From: Blastocystis sp. Blastoise
Lineage: Eukaryota; Protista; Bigyra: Opalinata
Assembly: GCA_039096225.1 (NCBI GenBank)
Contig: JBBPEB010000030.1
Coordinates: 124,001-188,000 of the forward strand
Length of the DNA stretch: 64,000 nucleotides
Reading direction: 5' to 3'
Under the pieces are notes generated by a model that worked only from the letters and a program-made list of their open reading frames with translations, made no database searches and was not told the origin of the DNA. A program made the translations under genes and the position numbers. Shown here one piece after another: positions 1-14,700 of the stretch (the stretch's first letter is position 1; each line of letters begins with the position of its first letter).

Positions 1-3000
1 ATCATATTGAGGACGTCCAGCACGACCTAACATCTGTAAGACATCTTGAGGACTTAATTCAACCCATTGACCTTTTTCAGGACTATACATTTGTGTACCT
101 TTTATAATAACAGTATGTGCAGGTAAATTTACACCCCAAGCTAATGTCATAGTACTGACTAAAACAGGAATACGACGAGCAGCAAATAAATCTTCAACTA
201 AAGAACGATCATCTCTAGTAAGACCAGCATGATGGATAGCAAAACCAAATGGTAACAATTCTTGTAATTCTTTATCTTTACAATTCTTAGATTGTTCTTT
301 TAATAATTCTTTTTCACCACTATTTTCAGGTACAAATTGTCCTAAAGTATCTTCATCTAAAGACATATCACGAATAGCACGAGCAGTCTTAGCAGTTTCT
401 TTTCTTGAATGAACAAAAATAATTACTTGATTCTTACCAGCTTCAGCAAGTACTTTTTCATAACAGATTTTATTCATTAATTGAAGAGCTTTAAGTGGTT
501 TCTTTTCAGTAACACCAATATATTGTTGATCTAAACCAACAGGACGATACGAATTATCAAAGAAAAACAATCCCTTTTCAGTAACACGAAGGAAATTAGC
601 AACATCAACATAATTAGGAAGAGTAGCTGATAAACCAACAAGACGAACAAGTTCCTATAGAAAATAAAAAATATATCTAAAAATATCTTTACATAAAAAT
701 AGAAAAATTATATATGTAATAAAATAAGATATATAATAGACTGAAAATATCTATCGAGCAAGAGGACCTTCTGTTCAGGGAAATTGCAAACCAAAGGTGA
801 TACATGCTCGAATTGTTTTTTAAAATAATTAAAATAAAAATATATATATATATAAATAATAATGACAAAAAAAAAAGCAATATAAATAATATATACTTGA
901 GTAGTTTCAATTTGTCTTAATGTACGTGCAACAATAGCTTCAAGAACAGGACCACGATCATCATGTAATAAATGAATTTCATCAATAATAATTAATCGAA
1001 CAAGCTATAATATATAAATAAGCATAAGAAATAATATATAATATACTTGAGTATAAGTTCTTTCACCACTCTTACGAGTAATAATATCCCATTTTTCAGG
1101 TGTTGTAACTATGATTTGAGTTTCACTAATTTCTTCTTTAGTAAGATTAATATCACCAGATAATTCTCGAACAACAATTCCATAATAAGATAAACGTTGA
1201 GTAAAATTATCAACAATTTCCTTAACTAAAGCTTTCATAGGAGCAACGTAAACAATTTTAAATTTATCCTTATCAACAGAACCATCTTCACGAAGATGTA
1301 AACCAATTTCATGCATAATTGTTAATACAGCAACATTAGTTTTACCAGCACCTGTAGGAGCACATAGTAAAATATTTTCCTATATATAATAATATAGTAT
1401 TAAATAATATAGATTCATTTATATAATAATATCTAAATAATAAAAAATATTAAAAAAAAAAATGCATACAGATGATAAAAGGGCAGTTTCATAAATTTTG
1501 CTTTGGACAGGATTTAAACGATCCATACCTTTGAAAGCAGGTTGAGCCCAATCGGGAAGAGACTTAATCTTGACAAGAGTATCTTCTGCGAATTGTTTTC
1601 TTTCAATTGCAGGAACATGTACTTCTTCATATCCTTTCTTTTCAGCTTTCCATGACTTTTCAGGTAGCTTAAAGCTTATGTTACTCATATAATGTCCTCC
1701 CTACAAATAAGAACATCATTAATAGAGTTAATAATTATTTTTTCATTGATGAAAAAAAGAAAAATGATAGTAATTAAGTTAAACATAGTATTGCTTTGTA
1801 ACATAAGTTACTCTATACAATCTACGTCAACAACTACTATCGATTTCACTAATTTCATTTCCATCATTATAAAAATAAAGTATTTTGTTAAAATAAAAAT
1901 GAATAAAAAAGAAAAGAGAGAAATTGTTAAAAATATTAACCATTCATTTTGACAAAGGTTTCTCATCATTTTATCCAATCAATCAAATGCAATGAAGAAT
2001 AAAAATCATTTCTGATTATATGGATAATTATGGTGATAAATGCCAGTTTTACATGAATATCGGTTTAAAAAAAAAATGAAATTCAAAAGTCAAATAAAAA
2101 GGATAATAATTAACTTAAAAAAGCATATATATACTATAATCTTACGTTAAAAACTTACAAATATACATATATATGAATAAATATATACTTGAGTAAATTC
2201 TAATTGTTGAAGATTTAACAAATGTTGAGGTTTAGGGACAGAGTTATCAGATGCATTAGCATGGAATGATCCTTCTTCAGTTTCTAGGTCATTTCCTTGT
2301 GATTTTGATGTAGAAACTTCCATTTTTGTAAGTTTCTTAGCTTCCATCTTTGTTTTCTTATCGAATTCTGTTTTTCTATCTTCAGCCCAATCACTGACAT
2401 TAATTGTCTTATTTAATTGAGATAAAATTTCAGGTCCTATATAAATATTATATAATCATCAGACTTAAATAGAATATTTTAATATATATAACATATTTAA
2501 TTGAAAATACCTTGATGAGCAGTATCTTTTTTCATTTCTTCTTCAAGAGATTTCTTAACCTCTTCAGAAGTAGCTTGTCTGTATCGAATAACATAAGAAA
2601 GCACAGATCTATTTTGAGATAACTGTTTAATAAAATCGAAATTCTCAAGACCTAAGATTTCTATTAATTCTTCTTCACATTTTGCCTATATTCAACGTAA
2701 AATATAAAAATTATTTAAAAAAAATGTATAATAAAAAATAATAATAAAATAATAAAAAAATAAGATTAAATCATAAAAAAAAAATAATATTAAATAATGA
2801 AAAAATAAGATTAAATAATAAAAAAAAATAATATTAAATAATAAAAAAATAATATTAAATAATATTAAATAATAACATAAAATAATAATAAAATAATAAT
2901 AAAATAATAACATATACATCATCTTCAATTTGAAGAGCTTGTAAAGTTTGTTCAGATAAACTTTGAGCAATATTAGGATCTTCTGTAAATTTACCGATTT

Positions 3001-4370
3001 CACGTTGTAACCAGAAACTATCGATAGTTTTAATATCAACAGTAGATGTTTCCTCCTATATATAATAGCATATATCAATATAAATAAAACAGAATAATTA
3101 AAATAATTTGTTTTCAAATGAATAGTATATAGATACGTCATTCTTATCTTCTGCATTATGAACAGTTTCAACAACAGCATTATCTTCTCCTTCACTCTCA
3201 CTCTCTTCACTATCTGTAACAATCTCATCAGGCTGATCCTCCTCATTATTATCTTCTTCATCATCAGCATTTATTGTATATATATGATCACCTTCACCAT
3301 TATCCTATAGATTATAGAACTAGTCAATAAAATGTCTATAAGCTATTTTGGTGGTATATATAGATATAGAGCATCAACAAGATAGCAATAATATAAAAAT
3401 AATATATAAACAATATAAAAATAATATAAAAATAATATAAAATATAAAAATAATGTAAAAATAAAAATAATAAAAATAATTATAAAATAAAAGCATACCT
3501 CAGTATTATTACTATTACTTTGATCATAATCATTGATACTAGATATCATAGAGAATAATTTATTAGCTTCAGATTCATCCATTTTCCCTAATATCTCTTC
3601 ACTTTCACTCTTCTTAGAAGAAGAATTCTCAGGGTTTTTTACAATTTGAATCAATTGATCCGCTACATCACGAAGAACATCCTATATATATATATATTAA
3701 TAATTATTATTATAATCAAATAAAACAAATTATAATAGTTGATATTCATCATCATAATTTATTACATATATATATACTTGTGAATAATCACCAACTTTCT
3801 TAATAATAAAATCTAATAAACGTTCATAAATCAAACGAGTTTCAGGAGTTTTAGGTTTGTAAACATTTATATCAATATAACTTGCTTCTGCAAGAATATC
3901 TGCATCTTTATCCATCTCATTTCTTCTTCTCTTAGATGAATGAAGCTCATCTTCTACTTCTACTGCTTGTATAGCACGTCTATATATTTTACATATTTAA
4001 AATAATGATATCAATAAAAATATATGTATAATAAATATAACAATAATAATAATAATTCTATATAATATCATATATAACATATGAACAATAAAATTCAACT
4101 TCAAAACAATAGAAACACAACATACTTCTTCTCTAATTTTTCTTTTCTTTCCAAATAATCATGAGAGTCAACAACAGCTCTATCACCCATACGACCTGTG
4201 ATTCTTCCATAGATAGATTCAGCTTCACCAGAAGGTTCATCTCTCTTAGATTTATCACGTTCAGGTTCAATGACCAAAGCAGCATTCTAAAGAAAATATA
4301 TTCATATATTCAAAAAAGAACTTACGGTCACATAAGCAAATTGTGCTTCACGGACAGATTTCTCAGCCAT
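1..4370 (-). CDS. SNRNP200: U5 snRNP 200 kDa helicase Brr2 (5' portion; continues off the window start); multi-exon
   Basis: Spliced start [15 protein letters not shown]|[25 protein letters not shown]. Ski2-like helicase motifs [77 protein letters not shown]. All introns read are GT-AG. Confidence 0.96.
747..813 (-). ncRNA. Candidate intronic single-hairpin H/ACA-like (AGA-box) guide RNA in BRR2 intron 655-896
   Basis: GC-rich island in an AT-only intron. Minus strand has a UCGAGCA/UGCUCGA lower stem, an internal loop UGUAUC/CCUCU, an ACCUUU/GAAGGU upper stem (G-U pairs form only on the sense strand), then AGA plus 3 nt. Confidence 0.5.
1766..2065 (-). other. Two long imperfect hairpins (1766-1841 and 1938-2065) in the ~486-nt BRR2 intron 1703-2188
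   Basis: Manual pairing. Hairpin A: GAUAGUAGUU/AAUUACUAUC, GUUGAC/GUUUAAC, GUAG/CUAU, AUUG/CAAU, GUAAC/GUUAC. Hairpin B: AACC/GGUU, AUUCAU/AUGAAU, UGGCA/UGUCA, UUAUCCA/UGGAUAA, AAUCA/UGAUU, AAUG/CAUU. Confidence 0.6.
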
Positions 4371-4913
4371 TTATCTTTATTATTCCTATATGACTAAATT
4401 GATGTTTATGTATGTATAACTGTTTTATTTATGTTATCCTAAAGATGTAAAATTATATTCCCTAAATATTATAAGCAAACTTACAACAATAAAGCAGCTA
4501 GCGTAACAAAAACTTTTAATTAAATGACTCTCTTTTTCCTTTGAAGGCGTCTTGATTCGGCTTTTTTTGTTTTCTGGCAGGTAGTGTTTAAGAATAAACT
4601 TTTTTAAAAGAATCGTGAATATTTAGAAATTGCTATTCATTATTTCAATAATTCCATGAAACGAATTATGTTTTAAATAGACATTTTGAAAGAATAATAA
4701 TCACGATTCTATACACTTGAACACTGTCAAAATATACTTTTAGTAATGAAAGCTTCTGTTAGAGATATTCTTGAGAATCTTGTCATATCTGAGTCAATTA
4801 TTATATTTCCCCAATCACAAAAGAACAAAGAATACTTTTCTAAATATAACATTATTGGCTGTTTTCTAAGTAAATTGTCATTAATACTTTTTAATTCATT
4901 TCTTAACGTGAAA

Positions 4914-7900
4914 ATGAGTTGGCTTAAAACAACACTTTGTTTTATTTTATTTTCGGCTATTATCGCTCAAAGTAGCGACAATTTTATGGGTTGTCAAGGA
5001 CTCATCAAACCTTCTGAGGAATTATTAAAATTATACAAAGAAAAAACTGATTTCTCTTCTATTTCTGTGAAATTAACTGATTCTGATAATTATGTTTCTG
5101 AAGAAGAAACAAGTTCTCCTCAAGGTCTTTTTGTCATTCCCATATATAATGCTGGAGCTTATAAGATTTCTCTTGATGGTATTAAGGGATGGTCTGTTGA
5201 ACCTAAGGATTTTTCTGTATAGTTTTATATATAACTATCATGATTTTTTCTCACTAACTAATTATAGTTTATTTCGTATTTTGAATATAAAATGATTTTT
5301 TCAACTCTAATAAATCTTTATACGTTATCTATATATATACTATTATGATATATATTGAATAGGTTTCAATGAATGCTGATGGTAGTATTGAGGGTTGTGA
5401 CGATCTATTAATATTTACTGTAACTGGTTTCACATTATCTGGACAAGTAGTTGATTTTGCTGGTGTTACTGGTGTTCCTGATGTTTCTATTACTATTTCT
5501 AAGTCTCCTAAAGAAGAACCTATCCATCTTACAACTAACATTAATGGTGAATTCAGTGTATCTTCTCTTGTTAGTGGTACTTATAAAGTTACTGCTTCTC
5601 ATCCTACTTGGAGTATTGCTGAACCCTCTACTAAAACTATTGAAGTATGAACATATTTTGTATTATTATTTATTAATCATTATTCTATTTATTATCTATT
5701 ACTATATATTATATATTCTATTTATTATCTATTACTATATATTATATATTCTATTTATATATATAATGTTATTGATATCTTCTTTTTAATAGAATTATAT
5801 TGTTGTATTTACTATGGATCATGTCTATATAGATTGGCTTTAATAATGCCTCTATGAGTGAACCCTTCCATGTATCTGGTTTCAGTATATCCGGATCTCT
5901 TAAGGGTATCAATGTCGAAAGCACTTTTAAAGATATCATTGTTCACTTACAAAAAGTAGATCACTCTAGTATGTATTCATATTATTCTCTTTTTTTTTAT
6001 TTATTTTATTATCATTGAATAGATTTATTATTATTGAATATATTTATTATTGTTGAATGTTTTTATTATTAATTGAATATATTTATTATTATTGAATGTT
6101 TTTATTATTAATTGAATATATTTATTATCATTGAATATATTTATTATCATTGAATATATTTATTATTATTGAATTTCTGTATTATTATTGAATTTCTGTA
6201 TTATTATTTGTATCTATAGAGGTTCATTGTGAAGGTGCTAATGTCTCTAGTAATGAAGATCAAACTCAATGTACTTATACATTTATTGATACCCCTGATT
6301 TCCTCTTTAAAAATGTTCAACCTGGTGATTATGCTGTCGTATGTGAAAACTAATTATTATTTTTATTATTAATTTCTTGGATTATCTACTTTATCATTCA
6401 TTTCATTATCTTCTTTTAATTCCTTATATAAAGAGTGCTTATATATATATTATTTGTTGTTTATATGTATATATGTATTTATGTCTATCTCTTCCTAGAA
6501 CTATCAGTTATTAAATGGATCTTCTTGGTCATTTACTCCTGGTTATTATGCCTTTACTATAGAGAATGATGGTCTCTCTCTTGGTGGTTTCCATTATAAT
6601 GGATATACTAAGAAGGGAAAGGTAGTAGATGAAACAGGGCATGGAGTAGAAGGAGTTAAGATTGTTCTTAATGATGGACAACATTATTTTACAGATCCTG
6701 ATGGTTATTATATTATTCAAGAACTTAAAGATATGAAATATGCTATTCGTGTATTTATATATTTATTATTATTCTCTGTAATCTTTAGATTTTTTGATTT
6801 TTTGATTTTTTTTTTTTTCTTAAATTTTGATTTTTTATTTTAATACAATTATAAGATTTTTAAAAAATTATAATATATTTTAATAAGTCTAATATATTTT
6901 TGTATGATTTCTTATACGTCTCTGTAGGCTGAAAAGAAACACATTCGTTTCTCTCCTTTAGATGTCGATATGACAATGGCTCTCTCTCTTCCTGATATCT
7001 CTATCGTCTCCTATCATGTCTGTGGATCTATATTAATGGATAAAATACCCAACTATATTAAAACTGTAGATACTTTTAATGTTCTTATTTCTGATAATAA
7101 AAATATTAAAAAGCAAGTAAAGACTAACGAAGAATACTATTATTGTTTTAATATGGAACCAGGTGAGTATACTATATCTGTTGATGATAAAGATATGGAT
7201 ATTAAATTTAGTAATGCTAAAGTTACTGTAGAAAAACAAGGATATATTGTTGATGCTCATCTTTCTCCTATCTTTAGAACTATTAAAGGAAGAATTCAAG
7301 TATGTTTATATATATAATAGACTATTCATATTATGTTGAGAGTATCTATATATATATTCTATACATATTTATATATATAGGCTAATTCTGAAGATTTAAC
7401 TATTAATCTTGTCTCTACTACTTCTGCTTCTACTAGTTATTCTATAGCTCCTACTGAAGGAAGTTTCCTATTCAAAAACATACTTCCTTCTATTTATACT
7501 TTATCAGTTAAGAGTAATCAAGTATATTCATTATTATATTATTATGTTTATTATTTATTATGTTTATTATATATTATATTTATTATAATAATAGAATGGT
7601 TGTTGGGGTAATACTCAAGAAGGAGAACTTACTAATGATAATGTTTATACTACTACCGTTGATGTATATTTTTATTATTATTATTATTATTATTATATTT
7701 ATATCCATTTTTTTCAAATACATATATATCTCCTCTAGGTAACTGAAAAGGATGTAGTCGATATTGTTGTTCCTAACAGTTTATTTGTATTTACTATGAA
7801 TACTCCTCTTCCTGTTACTATGAATATTGAATCTCCCAGTTTTACCAAGTCTTATGTAGTTGTTAAGGGAATGACTTCTATCTGTTTATTATCGGATAAT

Positions 7901-8746
7901 ATTTATACTATGAGTTATTCAGGTTGTGTAGAAAGTGATCATAAGAAATATACAGTCAATCCTCAACATGCTTCTATTGATATCAAGGATGATATTTATA
8001 CTCATAAAGTTCATGGAGATATCATGTTCACTTCCAGTCTTATTCCTAAAGAAGTATATATATATATATTATAATATATTCTTATATATATACTTATAAT
8101 ATATTCGTATTATATATATTCTGTATAGGTATTATTAGTAGTCAGTAAAGATAATGAGATTTACAAGACTTTTACTCTCTCTCATAAGGATGCTTCCGTT
8201 CTTAATTACTCTATTGTATGTACTTTATATTCTATAATATACTTGGAATCTTCTTCTTTATTTGTTATATTCCTATCTATATAATATACATATAGTATCT
8301 TCCTATTGGATCTTATTCCCTTTCTGTTTCTTCTCCAGGTACCACTCTTCTCTACACTCCTCTTTCTATTCCTGTTGTTATTAAACAAGACACATGTGAT
8401 GCTAAAGTATATTATTATGTTTATTATGTTATTATTATTATTATTATTATCATATTTATATTCATATTTATATTTATTATATTTATTATGTTTATTATGT
8501 TTATTATGTTTATTATGTTTATTATATAGTTAACTACAGTTGAAGGTGAAGAAGGTCATGTTGTTCGTGGTAAGATTGTTCCTCCACTTTCTGATGTTCA
8601 TATATATATGCGTCAACTTATTGATGGAGACCTTGCTGATACTATATATAGAGAAGCTATCACCGATCTCGAAGGAAACTATATCTTTGAACCTATTTAT
8701 AAACAAATTCAATATGTATATATTATTATTATTAACCATATTATTA

Positions 8747-8808
<62 letters not shown>

Positions 8809-9807
8809 CTTATTATTATTATACTTATTATAGGAATTAGAAGCTGTTCGTGAAGGTCATCACTTTAAGCGTTCTCAAGATGGTTATGTATTTACTCATA
8901 AGAAATTATCTTCTGTTTCTTTATCTATTCTTGATCAATTTAATAATCCAGTAGAAGGAGTATTATTATCTCTTTCTGGAGAAGGATATATGCAACGTGA
9001 ACAAAGTAGAATTGATGGTACTCAAGTATTTGGTGAATTATTCCCTTCTACTTATACACTTCTTATGAAAGATAAAGAGTATATATATATAATGATACTT
9101 TTCATTTTTTATATTTTGATGTGTTTTATTATTTATCTATATATTGACTATAATATATATGTATTATTACTTATTATTATAATATTGACAATATTATTTT
9201 TATATCTATAGACATAAGTTCTCTCCTTCCTATATGACTATAGAATTAGGAGAAGGTGTAGCTAAGACTATTAAGATTACTTCTGAAAAGGTTGGATATA
9301 GTATTTATGGACAAATCAAATCATTAAGTGGACTTCCTCTTCCTTTATTCTCTGTTGAAGCTAGATCTACTTCTGGTCATAAAGAAATGGGTACTAGTGA
9401 TTCTAATGGTATTTACCGTATTCGTGGTCTTAAAGAAGGTCAATCCTATACTATTGTAGTCAAGGATAATGAAACTAATGATATTGATCATTTTATTCCT
9501 AATGAATATACTGTTACTGTCAATAAAGAAGATATTCATAATCAAAACTTTGTAGCTGTCTATAAAACTAAGACTACTTCTTTAGAAGGTAGTATTTCAG
9601 GTCTTCCTTTTGATCATGAACCTCTTACTGTAAATGTATGTGCTGGTAAGAATTGTCAAACTAAATCCATTACTGAATCAAATCATTTTGAAATGAATTA
9701 TAATGAAGTATCTCCTGTTCATGTTAGTATTACTCCTAATAAGAATAATAATTTCGATTATGTCTGTGAAGAAAAAGACGTTGATATTAAACAAGGACAA
9801 CTGTATG

Positions 9808-9892
<85 letters not shown>

Positions 9893-10055
9893 TTTCTCTA
9901 GTAATACGGTTGATGTTGTTTGTTCTATGAATCCTACTTTAGATGTGAATACTCAACATATTAATGGAGGATCCTTATATTTATTAGCTCTTATTTGTAT
10001 TATCCTCTTTGTATATCTTCAATTTGATACAATCAAAATTATATTTAAACTCTAA
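4914..10055 (+). CDS. NOMO1: Nodal modulator (NOMO)-like ER membrane protein, multi-exon
   Basis: Signal peptide MSWLKTTLCFILFSAIIAQ, then GCQGLIK...DFSSISVKL...GLFVIPIYNAGAYKISLDGIKGWSVEP (NOMO N-terminus). Repeated carboxypeptidase-regulatory-like beta modules (GVPDVSITI, GIYRIRGLKEGQSY). C-terminal TM helix. All exons join in frame via GT-AG. Confidence 0.85.
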
Positions 10056-11764
10056 AAACTTATAAGAGTCATATAAACTATGTATTTCTTATACATAAGA
10101 TATATTTTTATTTATAAGTATCATTTTTATTTAAGTCTCATTTTATTTTTTGGGGTTATACTTTTATCATTTTTTTTAATAATCATGTTATTGAATCAAC
10201 AGTATATACTATTAGAAATTATAGTTTTGTTTTTAAAAATTTTAAAAATTTATCTAAAGAACCTTACAAAAATATACAAACTTGTTTAAACTATATATTT
10301 TTTCATTTCACATTCTAATAGAGATAAAAAATAATTGTAAAAATTTCTTTTTTGTTGATAATCTTTTATAGACACATATTTCATAGCATCAATTTATATT
10401 AACACACTGATAATTGCAAATTGGAATCATTTTTGTTGATCAAAATATTATATTTATTTATGTATATAAACTACATTTGAATACCACACTGTAATGATGT
10501 CATCAACGTTTCATGAAAAAACAAGAATAATCGTTTCATTCATTCAGAATAGACATTACAATGTATATTCGTTGTTTGATTATGTCTTGAACTATTTTAT
10601 CATCATAAGTCTCTTATAAGACAACAGACTTCTATAACATAATTGATGTCAAAAAAATGTTATATAATCCATATCAACTGAAACACATATTTATAACACA
10701 CTACATGATTACGAAAAGAAGAGAAAACATCCCTTATTTAAAAAATCTTCATTACAATCAAAAGCATATTTGAAGGGCGACACTAATGAAAACAATTGGC
10801 CATTTCGTTGTGTATCATAGTTGCATGTATTTTACAGTGAATATTAATCTTATTTGACTAAAAAATGGCAGAATTTTGTCTAATGGACACTTCTTTAAAA
10901 ATGAGTTGAGTTAATTTCATGTATATAGTATTGTCGCTAAAATAAGTGTTTAATTCCTAGCGAAAAGAGGTTTTTTTTTACATATGTGTTGTGAAAAATA
11001 ATGCAAAACATCCCATAATATTTCCTATCAATAATAGAATGTATGCTACATATGAAACGTCTTGAAAATATTTTAAATACAAAAAGCACAGTAACTAAAA
11101 TGAAACGTCAATGATTTTCGATAAATACTGATAAGGAAATCAAGCCCTTATTCATATTTTCATAAATCTTGAAATTTGAATAATGAGATAAAGCTTTTGA
11201 CTCCACAGAAAAACGGATGGTTTCTGGATGAAAAGTGTTTCGATCTTTTCTGACAAAAAAGTAAAACCTACCTACTTTTGGATCTCCAACAACGTATTCT
11301 CATGATGTTCTAGAATACTGTGTTTTATTTGGGATTATTGATAAAAAATGACTGTCAATTAGAGAATCATAAAATGAAAAAAACTTGTGTTTTCCCAGAG
11401 TTTTCGTATGCATAAAGAATTTTTGTGGTTATTCATTTGAGTATGTATGCTTTTCTTTCTGAATATGCCCTCTATTATTATGGTCATCAAAAAAAGGCGA
11501 AATACAATAAAAATTTTGCCATTTAATTTCAACGGCCATCATCGGGGACTACCGAGAGAAAAAAAGTGCGTCATCACTACGATCTTTTGGTTCCCGTTCT
11601 TGCGGCGGTTAAATGCTGATTTTCGCATGAAATCTGTCTCAATGATGGTTCTCTTTAATCTGGAATATGATTGGCTCTCGTTATCCATTATTCTAAAGAC
11701 AAAATCTATGCGGTTCTTTGTGGTCATCAACTCTGCATATTTTATTTATTATAGATAATAGACG

Positions 11765-14700
11765 ATGAAATCATTCATTGTTTGCTTATTTATTGCTTTA
11801 GGTATTTATGATAGTTTGATCCTATATAACTGTTTTTATAGCTGTTGCTCAAACATGTACATCTCCCAAGATGACCGTAAACCTTAGAAGAACTTACAAG
11901 GGTTCTGCTACTCAAGAAGGTGTTCAGATTTGGCAAGGTAATTACCAAACTGGTACCTTAATTGGTGAATGGGATGGTAATGGAAAGGATGGTACTGTTC
12001 AAACTTATACTCTTTGCTTATCTTCTACTTTACATACTCTTGTTGCTACTGATGGGTATATATTTTTATTTATACAATTGTTTAATAATGTTTTTTTATT
12101 ATTTATATTAAATTCAATAACTATTTTTGTTATAGTGCTAAGAATGGTTGGACTGATGGTTCTATTTTTGAACTTGTTACTAGATCTGGTGTTATTATTC
12201 TTAAGGGTACACTTGATAACTATCAACAAAAATTATTCACTTTCTATCGTAAGTTTTTATTTAAAACAAATCTTATTTTTATTCACTAAATAATCTTCTC
12301 TTTCTTTAGCTGCTTTTACTATAAAATCTACTGATTCTTGGAAATATTCTGCTGTCGCTCAAAGTGGTAATCAATGGGCTGCTTCTGGTTTTGCTGATTC
12401 TACTTGGACTTCTTACGCTCCTGGTGCTTTCCCTGAAGTTTCTTCTATTACTAGATATTTCCGTACTACTGCTACTGTTCCTTCTAATAAGAATAGTTTT
12501 GCTCTTGTAGATTGTGGTGTTTTAAGTAAGGATGGTGTTGCTATTTATATTAATGGTCAAGAAGTATATCGTCGTAATATTCCTACTGGTGCTTCTGGTA
12601 GTACTCCTGCTACTACTGTTGATGCTGTATCTGCTTACAGACGTGTCACTTTCCCAGTTACTTCTTCTTTCCTTTCTGGTTCTACTGTTACTATGGCTGT
12701 TGAAGTTCATGGTGCTTCTGCTACTCCTGTTGCTGAAGATTTTAAGGGTATTTTAGTCTTTGTTTATGGTCCTTCTGTTTCTCGTAATATGGATTTCACT
12801 GTTAATGCTGAAAGACCTGCTGATTATTCTGGTGAACCTGTTGGTAATGCTTTTGATGGTGATATTCAAACTAAATGGTATATTAACCCTCTTCCTATTT
12901 GGGGTGAAATAAGATTCAATAATGGTAGAAGAGAATGGATTAATAGATATTCTATTACTCCTGCTAACTATAATGTTGCTCGTAGACCTACTTCTTGGAA
13001 AATCTTTGGTTCTAATGATGGTACTAATTATGATCTTCTTGATGCTAGATCTCATTTTGATTGGGAAGGTACAAGACTTGAAACTATGTTTGAAATGAAT
13101 ACAAATCAAAAATCATATGAAATTTATAGAATTCAAGCTTTAACTTCTGGTGGTACTGATAGTGAAATTGCTGAAATTCAATTCTATGCTACTACTAATG
13201 CTTATGTTACTCCTTCTCTTTCTTATGGTACTACTACCGTAAGTCTTATTGCTAATATGGATAGTAAACAATTAACTCCTACTCAAAATGGTTTCCAAAA
13301 CTTTGCTATTAGTCCTGCTCTTCCTGCTGATGTTGGTGCTACTTTTGATCCTGTTACTGGTGCTATTACTCTTATTCCTACTGCTGTTATTACTGCTGCT
13401 CAATATCAAATTACTGCTTCTCATGCTGTTACTGGACAAAGCTATACTACTTCCGTTATGATTAGTGCCACTCTTTGTCTTTCTCCTAATATTCGTTTCG
13501 ATTTATTCCAACAAGTTGGTAAAGCTGGTACTACTGCTGGTGATGCTGAAACTGTTTCTGTCTTAAATTCTGCTGGTACTCAAATTTTCACTTCCTCTGT
13601 TAGACCTACTGATTATACTGATTATAACCAAAAAACCTATAAATTCTGTCAAACTCCTGGTATTTATACTTTTAAATTAACTGCTGCTACTTCTGCTGGT
13701 TTCTCTACTGCTTCTTATGTTTCTGTTGATATTTACAGAGTTGATGGTGTTAAATTAGTTGCTTCTAGAAGAAATCTTCTTAATAAGAGTACTGATTCTT
13801 TCAAGATGGATATTTCTTTCAATTTACCTACATCTAAGAAAATTTTAACTGGTGTTACTTCTATTCCTGCTGGTTGGAATACTCTTTCTTTTGCTGATTC
13901 TACTTGGGCTACTTATGTTAGTGAACCTACTATGACTTCTACTACTAAACTTGTTTTATACAGAAATACTTTCACTGTTACTCCTGCTGCTGATATTCAA
14001 GGTTGGGAATTCAACTTTAAGAGCAATGCTGGTACTGTTTTATATTTAGATGGTGTTGAAATTCTTAGATTTTATGTTCCTACTACTGGTGAAATAACTA
14101 CTGCTACTGCTGCTACTGGTGGTTATGCTAATTATGATTGGAGAACTATTACTGGTACTATGTCTAAGTTAACTGCTGGATCTCATGTATTTGCTATAGC
14201 TGCTATTGCTTATACTACTTCTTTTGCTACTGATCCTATTAATTTCGATTGTTTCATCCGTTTCTTAGCTGATTCTAATACTAACTCTAGAACTTGGAAT
14301 ATGGGTAGTAATCAATCTTCTGTTGTTTGGGATGATTCTAAAGCTGATAAATTATTTGATTCTAATTATAATACTCGTTTTGCTACTTGGTTTAGAGCTT
14401 CTAATCCTGCTCCTCAATGGGGTGCTGGTAATTTAAAAGGATGGTCTTTTGAAACTTTCAATAAATATTGTCTTGTTAGTAATTTTGATGCTCCTCAACA
14501 TGATCCTAAGAAAATTACTCTTTCTGCTTCTTCTGTTGGTTGGGATGAAACTACTTTTGAAGTTATTGATACTCAAGAAAATATTGTTTTCGATGGAAGA
14601 TCTCAACGTATTTGTTTCTATATGCCTACTGTTACTAAAGCTTATAATATATTTAAGATTTCTACTCTTGAAACTAATGTTGCTCCTCCTGATAATGATA

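Noticed and set aside
4746-4913. Upstream in-frame extension of the NOMO ORF
   Set aside because: The signal peptide begins at ATG 4914, and the extension looks like UTR or promoter sequence.
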